DNA from: Yuukianura sp. NJ FZ-2021 | Lineage: Eukaryota | NCBI GenBank assembly: GCA_046563655.1 | Contig: CM102287.1 | Location: forward strand, 3,720,001 to 3,784,000 | Length of the DNA stretch: 64,000 nt | Reading direction: 5' to 3' | Part shown: positions 36,753 through 49,325 of the stretch, in pieces | Layout of the letters: the number at the start of each line of letters is the position of its first letter | How positions within the stretch are numbered: the stretch's first letter is position 1 | The notes under the pieces: model-generated | What the model saw: only the letters and a program-made list of their open reading frames with translations | What the model was told of the DNA's origin: nothing | The model's database searches: none | Position numbers and translations under genes: made by a program

Positions 36753-39700
36753 TTATGACTGATGATGATGCTGCTGATGATGCTGATGCATTGTCTTCTT
36801 GGGAGTCTGATCCTTGCTGTAATTACTAATCACTTTCTTCAGTTCTCCAGTATTGCTTCCGGAATTGGCCGAGTGAGAAGCGTTGTTATTTGGTGTTAAA
36901 TGATTGTATTGTGGCGGCATGTAGTAGCACGTAGCTGGATATACAGTTCCAGCACACTTTCCAGCTTGAAAGCTATTGTACAATAACAATATTTTAATCA
37001 ACTTCTGTAATTAAATTGGATTGGTCTTGCATTCAAGCCATTAGGAATCTTACTCAGAGGCATAGAGCTGGTACGCAAGTCTTTGTATGAGTTGAAGAGT
37101 GAGGCGACGCTCATGTCCCATCAAACACACTGTTGACGAGTCAACGACATTATGAAGTGTCACCAAGAAAGCATACCGAAGCCTTCCGGAAACTCCAGAC
37201 ATGTGATTTGCCACAAATGTCCTCAGTTTGACTTCTTGTTGCTCAATCTGAAAAAAAATGAAAAATTAATACATTTTAGATGATCTAGGAAGGAACAGCA
37301 ATCAGTTTAACTCCAAAGGATCGAAAAATATCATTTCAAAACAAGGTAGGGCGATGCTCAAGGGTTGAGCACAGGTCTTCTGGAGGGTGTTGACAATTGA
37401 TGCGACTTAAATCGGTGTGACTTAAAACTGTGGAAGAACTGAGAAACCGTTTTCACGGAATTGATGCAAAAAAACATCGCTCAAAATTTTCAGTGAGGAT
37501 GTGAGGTTCTATTTTGTGCATGAGTTGCACCAAAATTGTGTTGGCAAATCTACCTTTTAATTGCACCAAAATCAAGTTCCAGTTTTGAGCCCCAAAACAT
37601 GTGCACTGAATTGATGTTCTTAATTTGTTGAGCAAAATGCGCACAATGTATTGTCCGTGTTACCATGGCAATGCATTATTAGCGGACAACTGCATCAAAA
37701 TGTTGTTCAAATTAAGCTCATATTTTACTCTGTTCAAAATTATTTTGTTGCACAATTGTTCTCAAAACTGCACAAACCTTCAATTGTGTTCATTATGCAC
37801 AAAATTGAACGTTGAGGGAGGGGGTCAAATATTGTTTCTTAAAAGTCATAGTCGGTTCCAGTAAATGCACAAGTTGGGATTTGTGTGCAACCGCTTTTAA
37901 GTGCTTATCATGCACAAAATTGTACGTTGTGGGGTAGGGGTCGAATATCGTTTCTTTAAATTCAAAATAATAAAAAGTTTCTTCTTAATGCACATTTGAA
38001 TCCTCCCATTCACTGTTTCCATATTATGAGTTTAAGCCAGATTTTCTACCCCCTAGTTAAGTCTTAATTTAACAACGTAATTAAACATACTGCCAGAAAA
38101 TGACCGGATCAAAACTTCGTTGCTTAAATATATTTTGAGTGTAATCGAAACCAAAATGTTTCCGGGAAACGACTGCACTTAGGGTGCATAAAGTGGCCGC
38201 CCATTTCCACGTTGTTAATATAACACTTTGAGTGCAATGTAGACTTAATGAAAACACTTGAGGCATGCATAACCCCCCGGACAAAATGGAGCTTATGTTT
38301 TAGCGCAAAAGATACTAAAAAAGCGAACGGACAGACAGACAAAGTCGTATCAATAGTCTTCTTCAGCATGTCGTAGACATGCGTCTTGTGAGGTTCAGGG
38401 CTCACACGGCTTGAGAGACAAAGGATGATAGTGCAGAAAAAATAAGTGACCGAGTGGGATTCGAACCCACGTCTTTCTCCAATCCGGGGAGACTGCACTG
38501 CCCTTATGCTATCAGGCCACAACTTGCACAGGATAGAATCGGAAGGCTACCATAACAGGCACTGTCCATTCCATACACCTCTATCCTTGGCGGTTGGGAG
38601 TGGGACTGTTCCCAAACGCCACATCACCCGCCCCTCAAGCCCCCTCACGGCCCAACCGTCTTTCGGCACCAAGTGTGAGGTTCAGGGCTCACACGGCTTG
38701 AGAGACAAAGGATGATAGTGCAGAAAAAATAAGTGACCGAGTGGGATTCGAACCCACGTCTTTCTCCAATCCGGGGAGACTGCACTGCCCTTATGCTATC
38801 AGGCCACAACTTGCACAGGATAGAATCGGAAGGCTACCATAACAGGCACTGTCCATTCCATACACCTCTATCCTTGGCGGTTGGGAGTGGGACTGTTCCC
38901 AAACGCCACAGTCTCCAGAAGACTAATTCTTCAGCATGTCGTAGACATGCGTCTCCAGAAGACTAACAGGTTTGATTGAAAAGGTCATCGACACGTCGCT
39001 TGAAACCACTGTGCTGCAGTGCAGTATGTTAGGACAGAGGATTAAGAGCGACACAATGCAATTGATAGACTGCTGTTGGGTAACCCGTTTTCCGCGGGGG
39101 GTAAAGTGAATTATTCCATTACATTAATTTCAGAAATCTCTCTAGAAGTTGTGGAACTCGCGCCGAATTCAACAAAAGCATTCGTGTGTTATTTTTATAA
39201 AAACTGAATCAGTTTTACTGATTCAATCATGCGCTAAAAAAAAGAAATTGCGGAAATAGTTAACCATGTAGCGTACGAGGGGAATCCGTATCACCGTATG
39301 TATCCCTTCTAAAAGTTAATAAAAAGTTAATTAACCTTCTTTCGGCCACTTACCTCAGGGAAATCAATGAAAAATCGTGAGCACATGTATCGCTGGAGTG
39401 GAACTATGGAATGCACATCGGCCGGCCTGTAACCACGAACAACCAGGTTACAGAATTTGAGTAGCCCTCCACCCCGAATTTCTTCTGGATTATGTGTGGC
39501 AATTAGACCATGATGGAGGTGGAATAGAGCTTCGCCAAAGTCCCCGTAAACAGATTCACCAATCACGGTAGGAAAGAACCTGCAAATTAGAAAAAAATTT
39601 AACTCAATTCAACCTAATAAGTTTAGAGAAACTTAGAACGTTTCAAAGAAAAAAACCTTGAACTCACCTGGCGGACATTGGAATTGTGGCACACTTGTAA

Positions 39701-40547
39701 AACAGTAACAATGAGTCCAAAATAACTGAAAATTAAAGTCAAAATTAGGAAATGTCAAACACCATCAACGTCAAAACAATTCAAGTACCTTGGAAGGAGT
39801 CAACGGAGAATTCGTACTGCCGACGCATCGTGTCAACAAATTTGAGCTCAACAGAACAACTGCGACTACTCTTGCCGTCACTACAGCTGGAATCAGCCGA
39901 CGGCGAACTTGGTGGGGTGAAGGAATTGTTTTGGCAATTTCCAAGAGCAATCAGTGACCATCGATCACCATCACAAACGCGCACCATTTTGGAAACGTAG
40001 GCTTCCTTCAGGGCACAAGAGGACATGCGTGCTCGACTCACCTAAAGCAGGAAAAAAGCATAAGAATTAAAATTAAGACATCAAAACTAATGAAAATTAA
40101 ATTCTGAGAAAGTGATTAGCATCTCACTTGAGGTGGGAGGAGATCAAGGATAACATCCAGAACGGCCGTCTTCACGCGTTCAAAGTGTTTAGGCGTCGAG
40201 AGCTCCATTCCAAAGATCAGATCGATATCATTGTACGAGAATTCGGCATTTGACTTGATGAGGCCGGGCGCGGAAGACGTCTGCGTGGCGTCCGTGCTGA
40301 TGTTCTGGACAAAGAATGTAGGGATCGACTGGGGAGATACTGATGAAAGAATGGTAGTTGTCGTAGAGCCTTTGACTTCGATTCGACTCGTCACTGGAGT
40401 TTCGTCGGTAACTTGACAAGAACACATGAGCCCTTCGTCCCCTGCGGATTGGTAACTGAGGCCACAAAGAAAACAAGGATCCGGTTCCGCTGCCTCGTTC
40501 AAGGCATGACTCGCTGCACCACCATTCCTCAGTCGAACGTCACGAAT
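36753..40547 (-). CDS. TENT5: Terminal nucleotidyltransferase 5 (FAM46/TENT5) homologue; 5' exon(s) not identified
   Basis: Exons ~40547-40128, 40041-39789, 39725-39668, 39579-39354, 37247-37053 and 36972-36753. Motifs [104 protein letters not shown]. Confidence 0.92.
38446..38520 (-). ncRNA. tRNA-like Pol III unit in TRIM LTR (copy 1)
   Basis: A-box TAGCATAAGGG, stem TCTCC-CCGGATT-GGAGA, T-arm GTGGG-TTCGAAT-CCCAC, then TTATTTTTT. Acceptor stem is imperfect and U33 is missing, so this is not a functional tRNA. Confidence 0.75.
38733..38807 (-). ncRNA. tRNA-like Pol III unit in TRIM LTR (copy 2)
   Basis: Identical to 38446-38520. Confidence 0.75.
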
Positions 40548-40846
40548 CTACAAAAACAAAATTCAAATTAACACTTAATCCAATTTCATTTGGAATATTT
40601 CATAAAATAGAATTCTCATACGAATTCTCTATAAATTTTAAAATTTACATTTAGCAATTACCTGATTACCTAAAAGTAATGGATCTTCCTTGTTCACTTT
40701 CACTCAGGACGACAGTCATCGAATCCCAAAATAGGTTAACAAGCACAGAATTCCAAAAGGTCAATTTCGAAGAAATTTTCTACGAATTCTTCCAAAATGA
40801 AAAGAAACTGGACCACTCTTTGCATTCACTTGCGGTCGCACCACAT

Positions 40847-41117
40847 CAGGGGGCGGCAAAAATGCCTTAGCGACCAAAACCGATTCTTTATTTGTTTACA
40901 ATTTCACTCACAGTGACGTCACTCCGAGTGAAAATACAGGTTCATCCGAGTTTTTAAGCTATTTTTAAGTTTGCGGCGAAAGTATTGAGACTAAAATGCT
41001 GAAAATTTTGAACAACACTGTAAATGAGTGAACTCGGAGTCAAAGAAATCCCATAGCAACTCAGTTTTGAAAAAACAATTTTCAACAACCGTACCTATAA
41101 GTATTCTATTTACCTTG
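40847..41117 (-). mobile_element. Second copy of the 271-bp element, 9-bp TSD GCACCACAT
   Basis: TSD at 40838-40846 and 41118-41126; matches 11826-12096. Confidence 0.85.
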
Positions 41118-41199
41118 GCACCACATTAGCTTTTCAATTCCCTTAAGGTGTGCGGACACCCTGGAAACTGGGGGTCAAAATGCCGCTGTAACACATGAA

Positions 41200-41485
41200 A
41201 TGAAAAATGATCTCGGACATCGTAGAAAGGTCATACAATGACCCACAATATATCAAACTTTAGGAAAAGACTTGATCTTAGTTTCTCGCTAAAAAAAAAT
41301 TACAAAGTTTTAGTTCCATCTATGTAAATATGGAGGTGGAATGTTTGGGTCCATTTTTTTTACAGTTACAACTAAAATTTTGTAATTTTTTTTAGCGAGA
41401 AACTAGATCAAGTCTTTTCCTAAAGTTTGATACATTGTGGGTCACTGTATGACATTCCTACGCTGACCCAGACCGTTTTTCAATT
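41200..41485. repeat. Foldback MITE; arm fragment also at ~13400-13468
   Basis: TGACCCACAATATATCAAACTTTAGGAAAAGACTTGATC and its reverse complement. Confidence 0.7.
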
Positions 41486-44400
41486 TCAATGTCGCAGCCT
41501 CAGAAAAATTGTTGACAAAACCCAGACGACGGCAACCGAACTTGTGTCAGTATTTTGTTTGTTTGAAAGTGCATACTTTTTTTGATCATCTTTGCACTGA
41601 TCCTTTTTCACCACTCACGACGGTGTTTCTTTTTGCCGATGTCTGCATGTTTTACTAACTGCAAAAACTCGGTTGTCGTGGTTACTAAATTCAACGATTA
41701 TAGTTTATTAGACGCATACCACACGTCCTTAATCAAGAAAAAAAACGAAATGAACAGCAATGGAACTGAAATTAATGCGAGTAGATGCACAATTTCTTCA
41801 CAAGTAATGGATGAGAACCAACAGTAATTTGAAGCTGAACTGATTAAGTGAAAGGCGGGTGGAGGAGTGAAAACGAAATACTAGATTAGAATTTGTTGAT
41901 CCAGGGCTAAAATAAGACCGGGAACCTGTGATTGGAGCTCCGGCAACAAGTGACTGTTCCTGGACAAAAGGCAGCTCCCGACTCATGTACTTGCACACAA
42001 TAATATTCCGACATATGTTTCCGCAGTTTCTCTTTTCCGCCTTTTTATCCCTTGAGCCACCAAGTGAAAGCCCAGTACTTTCACTGGTCTATTAAAGCAA
42101 GAACCATCTCTCTCTCTCATCTCTCCTCCCACAAAAGAAATTGAATGTTTTCTCAGAAAATGAACAAAAGCCCGCACATCTCCGCTCTTGTCACAACCTT
42201 CCGATTCACTACTTGAGCACAACAGCAACGATAGCAACCAGATTCAACTTTAACATCTCCTCCTTCCCTAGAAAGATGAAGCATCGTGAAGAAAACAAGG
42301 CCCAATCACCACGCAACTTTCTCCCACGCAAGCTTCCTTGACAACCAAATCGTCTTCTTTAAGGTTAAGGTTAGGTTAACCTATTGACAAACCTTGCTCC
42401 CACGCACAGTCATAAACTTAAAAAAAAAGAAAGTTTATTTGCGTCTCCCAAACTTTTCCAATCAGCTTCTAATGTAGAGCAGGAAACACTTTACTTTCTC
42501 CCCATTCTCCAATCACCAAACAACTTTCAGTTCAATTCATATGAAAAGGACGACGCAATGAAAAATAGAATTTGGCTAATGTTAACTTCGCATTTGCAGA
42601 TTTTGTGTCATCAGAGCACTCTCAACGGCAACGCCCAATTGCCTCCAAGTGTCAGCCATCAAGTTATAAATTATGACGCACATAGCTTGATTTTCTTCTT
42701 GTTAGAAAACGCGCAGTTTCCGTATAACTCTTTTTGCAATAATTTAAATTCTTCCCACTTACGGATTGTTTCCATTATGGGAAAATTCCGCATTAGGAAC
42801 AATCGACAAAAATTTTCGTTAGAATTTGGTACTAAAAGTTGTGACAAGATAAAAGATATATTTTTGTTAATTTAAACTGGTTTATGGAATGCTCCAGTGT
42901 TGCAAGGTTAAAAAAAAAAGCATTGTTTCGCACATGACTCTCATGGTTGTTTCTAAACATTCCAAAAGCCTTTTAATGGCACTGTCACATCCATATTCGA
43001 AATGACAATAGATGACATTGAGCAGATTTTGATCACTAGATACAATCTTCGTCTTATTCATCTTCCTAATGTGTGTGTTGGAGTGACCTTTAATGAATTG
43101 TGACTGGGTTGTGCGTGGTTTGTTAGTGTTAAGGGAGCGTGACTTTGGGGTTTCCGTCCCTTGCCTGACCATTCATCAACCGCATACTTCCTCGTCCAGT
43201 TTCCTTTTCCCCGGGTGAATTACTAACACAAAACTTCAGCTTCAGTCCAGCGACGAATCCGAGAAAAGAGAAAGTAAAGCCAACCTTTGGCACAATTTTT
43301 GAATTCATCTTGGATAGAATTAAGATAAAAACTTGACCAGTGTATAACATCTTTAGGAGGTCCAAAGGAAGACCAAAATCAAAAATATTTGTTGTAGTAA
43401 AAGAATGTTCAAAGTTCTAAGGTTCATTTCAAGCATTTGGTAAAAGTGGAAATTCGGTTCAACTAGTTCGCTTCCTGTTGATTCGTCTGTTTGAAATTTT
43501 GATGCTTTGGTTTGATTGTTGTGTTTTTGTTGAAAGGTCACAACAATGGGTTTAACAAAGTGCATGTTCCATTCACCCCTTGCTCAAACACGAAGCGTCA
43601 GCACACACAACACCCCCACTTGGTCAGAGGGTGAAATAATAAAAATGTCACGTCAGGTGGAATATCACTTGTAACAACACTTCTGGAGCTCAAAATCCAA
43701 TTCAGGAAGCAGCACTCCAATTTTGAAAAGTTTCGTTGCACGCACCATTTTCAAATTATTTTAAAAGTTTTGAGCCAGAATGACAAAATGGCTGTTTTAA
43801 AAGAAAGAACTCCAATTTTACATAACTTTAAAACGAATTACTGTTAACTTCGTTTGCTTTAGTAGATTTTGTTAGCACTGTTACGGTATTTGATATTCTG
43901 TTGCTACCCTGGGCTCAATTCCAACTTATTGCTGGATGTATTATTTCAGAAATTGCTTGGAAGTGGATCAGTCACATTGGATCTCACCATAATCAAAGGA
44001 CTTCAGATGATCACTTCAGCAGAAGAAATGGGAAATTCTATGCTTCTGTTTCTACTTCAAGGGCTTCTTCAAAATCATCCAATGTTTTATTTTACTCACG
44101 AAGTGGGACTGGCTCCTTCGGTGGGACTCATGAGGTCCCTTGGTATCACATTAAGCGTCTTATGAGTCTCAATGCAACAGGAGAACTACTGAACACAGAA
44201 AATCATACGCTGATATCTCAAGAAATTTCAAAACCCAGAATCATACCTTGCGAACATATAGTCTGTCTTTTCTGAACGATTTTCCAAAATGTATCAAAAT
44301 TTGAGATTTTGAAATCAAGGTTTGAAAGAATATAAATTATCTTCAGGGTAAGTAAAATCAAGTAATGCTAAGATCTTAGCATTACTTAATACTTAACTCG

Positions 44401-45492
44401 AGTTTGGTTTATGTGTTGAAATTAGTGTAAAGCCTGCATGCAGTTGAATTTTACGAGGCCATAACAGAAATTAATAACGCAGTTAAACAGCTACTAGTGC
44501 CAGCCGAAATGGTAACCACATGATGAAAAGTGAAAGTTACTTTTTCTCTGAATGGGTCGTTTACAATTGAAATGTGGTTTTTGTGTGATTTGACACTTGA
44601 CCTCAAGCTGGTCAAACACAATATACTTCCTTTATTTCAATTTAACACAAAAGCGAAAACTAAAATAAAAATAAATGTAAACTGCAGCTCCAGCTGTGAA
44701 TAGCAATTTGACCTCTTCTGTCTCCCGAAATTTGTTGGTCACTTTTCATCGTTTCATGAATGTGTTTCTCGCACGCCTCAGAAGTGACCTACTATTTGAT
44801 GTCGGCGTTTACAATACACTTGACACACTATGAGCCACTGACATGTTTATTCTGGACGTAAATTCAGGAACGAGGAAACAGAAGGAATAAAACTGTCACA
44901 TCAGGAAATTATGTAATGGGAATCACTCACATTCTGAAATATGGAATCACTACTGCAACAACATGAGTTATTCGCAGAGAAAGCACGCGGTGAACATAGT
45001 AGAAATATTTCAATTTCAGTATGTTGAGACGCTTTTGTTTCAAATATGAATTTTACAAACTCTTTTGTGTTCCTCGCTTTCTTGAAGGAGTTTCGAATAC
45101 ATCATGGAAAGTTAAACTTAACTTTTTGAAGTGAATTTTGAAATGAGTATCAAAATAACTTTTGTGGAATTGAGAAATGGAATGACATCCGCGTAATGTC
45201 ACATGATGCTGTTTCTGATGCAATTCTGATTAATTCCAAGGAAAAGGGAGAAAAGGCTGTGCCGCGAGAATACTTGAAATTGAAGTTCTCGAAATTCGAA
45301 CTTTTCACCATGATGGCTATTCCTAAATACCACAAATTTCAAACGTTGAATTCTCATTTCAGCCATTTCTATCAAGTTTTTGTCGCCGACGTGAGCGCGT
45401 TTGCGACGCCATTTTGCTTCGTAACTAATAGAAACGATGTACCACAAACAGTAAACAAACTTTGCCGCATTCCCCCCTTTCAAGATTGATAG

Positions 45493-46658
45493 CAGGGTTG
45501 GTAGAGGATAGGGTTAACCGTTCCGGAGGCTTTTTGAAAAAAACAAACTTTTTGAGCTGGTTGAATTTTTTCAACCAGCTTTGTTTGTCGTAGAAACAAT
45601 TTTAAATAAATTAATTTTTAGTACAGTGCGTTTCTTAAAATCCTTGAGGATTAATTTGCTACAATTAAAAGTAAGTGTGTGAACAACATTTTGAAAACTG
45701 AAAACTCTGAGGTCACCGAGTGAACTTATGACAGACAGCCCAATGCAAGTAATATTTTGTTGGAAATGGCTTGATAAGCTGATTCGGAACAGAATTTATA
45801 AAAGAACTTCTGGAAGAATTTGTAATTTCAAAAAGGATAAACTGCGCAGTTTGTGCGCAGTTTAGAATTTATTTTGGCTTTGACCTTTGACCGGGGAGGT
45901 CAAATGTCAAATGACCAGGGGAGTTCGAGCTATCCCGTAAGGCACTACCATCTCCCAAAGGAGATGTCCCAAAACCCTGTCGAAACGGTACCCGGTGCTA
46001 TTCGAATGAAATGTTAACCAGTTCTTAGAGTCAATGTTGGGGTCATATTTACAAATTTTCAGCCCCCTAGAAACGATAGGTCACGGGTCACGGGGGTCGA
46101 AGGTCACCATGTCATCCTATGACGACCCCATGCAAGTAGCATATCGTTGGAAAAGTCTCGATCCACTGATTCAGAAAATGTATATATGTCAATATTGATG
46201 ACGTAAGACAACGAAGTTATGGCGCCGGAAATTCGAAATCGCTAGTCCAACCGCTTCCGAATTTTGACTTCCTTTGACCCCGAGTAACCCGTGACCTATC
46301 GTTTCTAGGAGGCTGAAAATTTGCAAATATGACCCCAACATTGACCCTAACAACTGGTTAAAATTTCATTCGAATAGCACCGGGTACCGTTTTGATAGGG
46401 TTTTGGCTCATCTCCTTTTCATTCGAATCAAAAAAATTAAGGGGAAACGCAAATTGTCGATTTCACAAATATGCTCCGGCTTACTTAAGTTCATTTCGTA
46501 ATTCATCGCTTATGAAGATTCGCTCTGTACATTGAAATTCAAAATTCAAAATCGTCTTAGCAACAGATTCAGTTAGCTGATTGAAGTCAGCCAGCTCAAA
46601 AAGTTTGTTTTTTTCAAAAAGCCTCCGGAACGGTTAACCCTATCCTCTACCAACCCTG
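45493..46658. mobile_element. hAT-like non-autonomous element with a nested foldback (~45957-46419)
   Basis: ~68-bp TIR CAGGGTTGGTAGAGGATAGGG...; 8-bp TSD ATTGATAG. Confidence 0.85.
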
Positions 46659-46716
46659 ATTGATAGCTAGGGAGAAAGTGATTTTTAATTTTTAAATTAA
46701 CATTTTGTCAGACATC

Positions 46717-48657
46717 ATGAAATGCAGTCGCCAAGTTTTATATCTTTGTTGTATTGGATTTGGAATTGTTACGATTTCAATTAATATCTATTTCGTTCCA
46801 GGTAAAATACATTTTAAAGTTAAAAAATACTACAGACAGTAGTTTTTTAAAACAATGACAAAATTTTGATTAAGAATTTGTTTGTGTAGAATGGGAGAAG
46901 GCCATGGCCATCGCTGGAGTGCCTTGGTGGCCATCTTGTAAGGCACCTTTGTTTTCACCAGTACGAGACGTCAAATACCTGAAACTGCCAGAGATCAATA
47001 ACCTTTCACAATTTTTGGCAATCCCTAAACCTCTGAACTATGTAACGTTCCACACAAATATAACCAAAAGTAGCAACAGTTAAGAAGTAAACACCGTTTT
47101 CGATTTTCTGACATCTTGAATTCAGAACTCGGTTGGACTGACTTTTCCTCAGAATCTTATGTTAGGTTTTGTTAGCATCGCAATTCTGCGGATTAGTCAC
47201 TCTTTTCCGTGCCGCGCGGTTGCATTGTGAATTCACGGAAATGATTTTTTGTTGATGATTTTCTTTGTGTTTAGATTCCGTCATCGACCAAGGACAAAAC
47301 TGTGCTTCGATTTGACCTTGACACGCCATTGACCTCCATTCCACCACCAGATTTCAACGGATACAAAACGATTGTATTTCAAACTCGAAATTTTGGAAGA
47401 TACTTTTTGCAAGAAGGTTCAGACTGGATCAAATATGGCGACTTTTTCTACGGTAGCTCTACGCCTGTGTGTCCTCAAAAGTGCAAGTACAGTATCAACA
47501 GAACGTTAGCAGAAGATGCTGATGCCGTCATGTTCAACATTGTTAATTCTTTGCACCGAGCTTAGTGAGTTGGCGCAATAACAACTTTAATCGCTAAACG
47601 TTTCGTTTAACCTAATCCTAATCCTAACCTGCCGTGGCATTTTCTTTTTTAGTCCTTGTGATGGTGAATACCCGAAAAAACGAAGACCTGACCAAATTTG
47701 GGTTGCATTTACGTTAGAACCACCGACTATGTACGATGCAACTTGGCTACATGAACTGGGTCATTACTTCAATTGGACATTCACTTATCGCCTGGATTCG
47801 GACATTTACTTCCCGTACGGGTATTTCTACAAATTGGACATTCCAAGGTCGTTGAATGACATTGTCTTACCCAGCAAAGAAGTTTTACAGTAAGTTACAG
47901 CACTACATGCGGAAACGGAACGGAATTTGAACAACCCTAGCTATGGCGAAGTACCGTAAATGTACATATGACCTTAAGGTGTGATTTTACTTATTTTTGT
48001 AGGTCCAAGACCCTTGTTGCATCATTAATCTCAAACTGTAGAGCTCAAAGTATGCGAGACCAAGTGATCGCAGCCATGAAACGCCACATCCGAATTGATC
48101 AGTACGGTAGATGTGGCCAACAATGTCCAACCGGAGATTGTCGTACTTTTTTGGCGGGAAGATACAAGTTTATTTTGGCTTTTGAAAATTCGTTGTGCCA
48201 AGACTACATCACTGAAAAGTTTTTTGAAGCCTTCTCCGTTGGAATTGTTCCTGTAACTTATGGACTTGGTGATTACTCGGAAGTGGCTCCACCGGGATCT
48301 TATATCAATGCTCTTGATTTTCCAAATGTATCTGCCCTTACAAACTACTTGAAGTACTTGGATGAAAATGATGACAAGTATCTTGAGTACTTCCGCTGGA
48401 GACAACACTACGAACTAGAACTAGTACCTTACAATTCATTGGAAAGTGAACTGTGCTCTCTTTGCATCAAAATCTGGAACGCACCACAGAACTCTACGCA
48501 ACAAATTACTAGTTTCCAAGATTGGTGGGATCATAAACGCTCAGTCAAACTGGAAAAGTCTCCCAAAAATTGGACAATTGCTGACAAAATACTGCATTAC
48601 AGCAAAAACAGCTGTATTGATCCGGAAGAGATCTTCAGCCAAGGCTTTTTGAATTGA
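46717..48657 (+). CDS. Alpha-1,3-fucosyltransferase (GT10), multi-exon type II membrane protein
   Basis: N-terminal TM segment; DADAVMF; RRPDQIWVAFTLEPP; FNWTFTYRLDSDIYFPYG; alpha-1,3-FucT motif YKFILAFENSLCQDYITEKFF; SYINALDF. Confidence 0.9.
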
Positions 48658-49325
48658 TATCAATTCACCAAAGATCAATCAAAGTTTATTTGTTTAATCT
48701 TTAGTTACAAACATCCAGAAAGCGCAGGCTTACCGAAAAAAAAACGTTAAGATTAATCCGTTAAGTCAGAATGTAGATTTATGAAACAGAAAAATAAAAC
48801 GCCTTTCACGTATGGGGATTACTCATATTCTGAAATGTGGAATGCAACAATCGAAGTTATTCGCAGGGTAAGCAACCAGTGAACATAGAAATATTTCAAT
48901 TTCAGTATGTTGAGACGCTTTTGTTTCAAATATGAACTTTATTACACAAATTCTTTTGCGTTCTTCCTTTCTTTGAAGGAGTTTGAAATACGCATCGAAT
49001 TACTTGAGGGAAGAGACTTAATTTGATATTGCAAAATGTTCAATAACTGTTGTTCTTTGCAATCAAACAGAAATCGTAAAACTATTGTAGAAGGCGTATG
49101 AGTTCCCGAGTAAATAAATAACAAGAAATAAATAAATAAGAAAGTAAATAACGACGAAACCATCTGCGGCATCAGTCAATAAATGGCCGCATTCTGCAGC
49201 TTCCGTTTCAATTTTCAATCACTTTTACTGCCTCTTTTCTGAATGCTTTGTTGTGAAACGTATAATATTTGTATAAATTTTTAAAACAAGGTTTCTCACT
49301 GCAAACTTGCTTTAAAAAATTCTGT

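Larger units (their letters stand above)
38387..38910 (-). mobile_element. TRIM (524 bp) with tRNA-like sequence in its LTRs
   Basis: Identical 237-bp LTRs at 38387-38623 and 38674-38910 (TG...CA); 4-bp TSD GTCT; 50-bp internal region holding PBS TGGTGCCGAAA and a G-rich PPT. Confidence 0.93.
37340..38964 (-). mobile_element. HINE in a TENT5 intron, interrupted by a TRIM and with a duplicated 5' terminus
   Basis: Reverse complement of 25784-26838; the terminal ~38 bp is repeated at 38927-38964. Confidence 0.88.

Noticed and set aside
38387..38910. Repeat-spacer-repeat as a CRISPR array or a pair of real tRNA genes
   Set aside because: The 237-bp TG..CA repeats with TSD, PBS and PPT are LTRs; the cloverleaf lacks U33 and a proper acceptor stem.
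41580..44300. Several ORFs as TENT5 5' exons or a separate gene
   Set aside because: The expected HGRGNFPTL-like motif was not found and no other domain was recognised.
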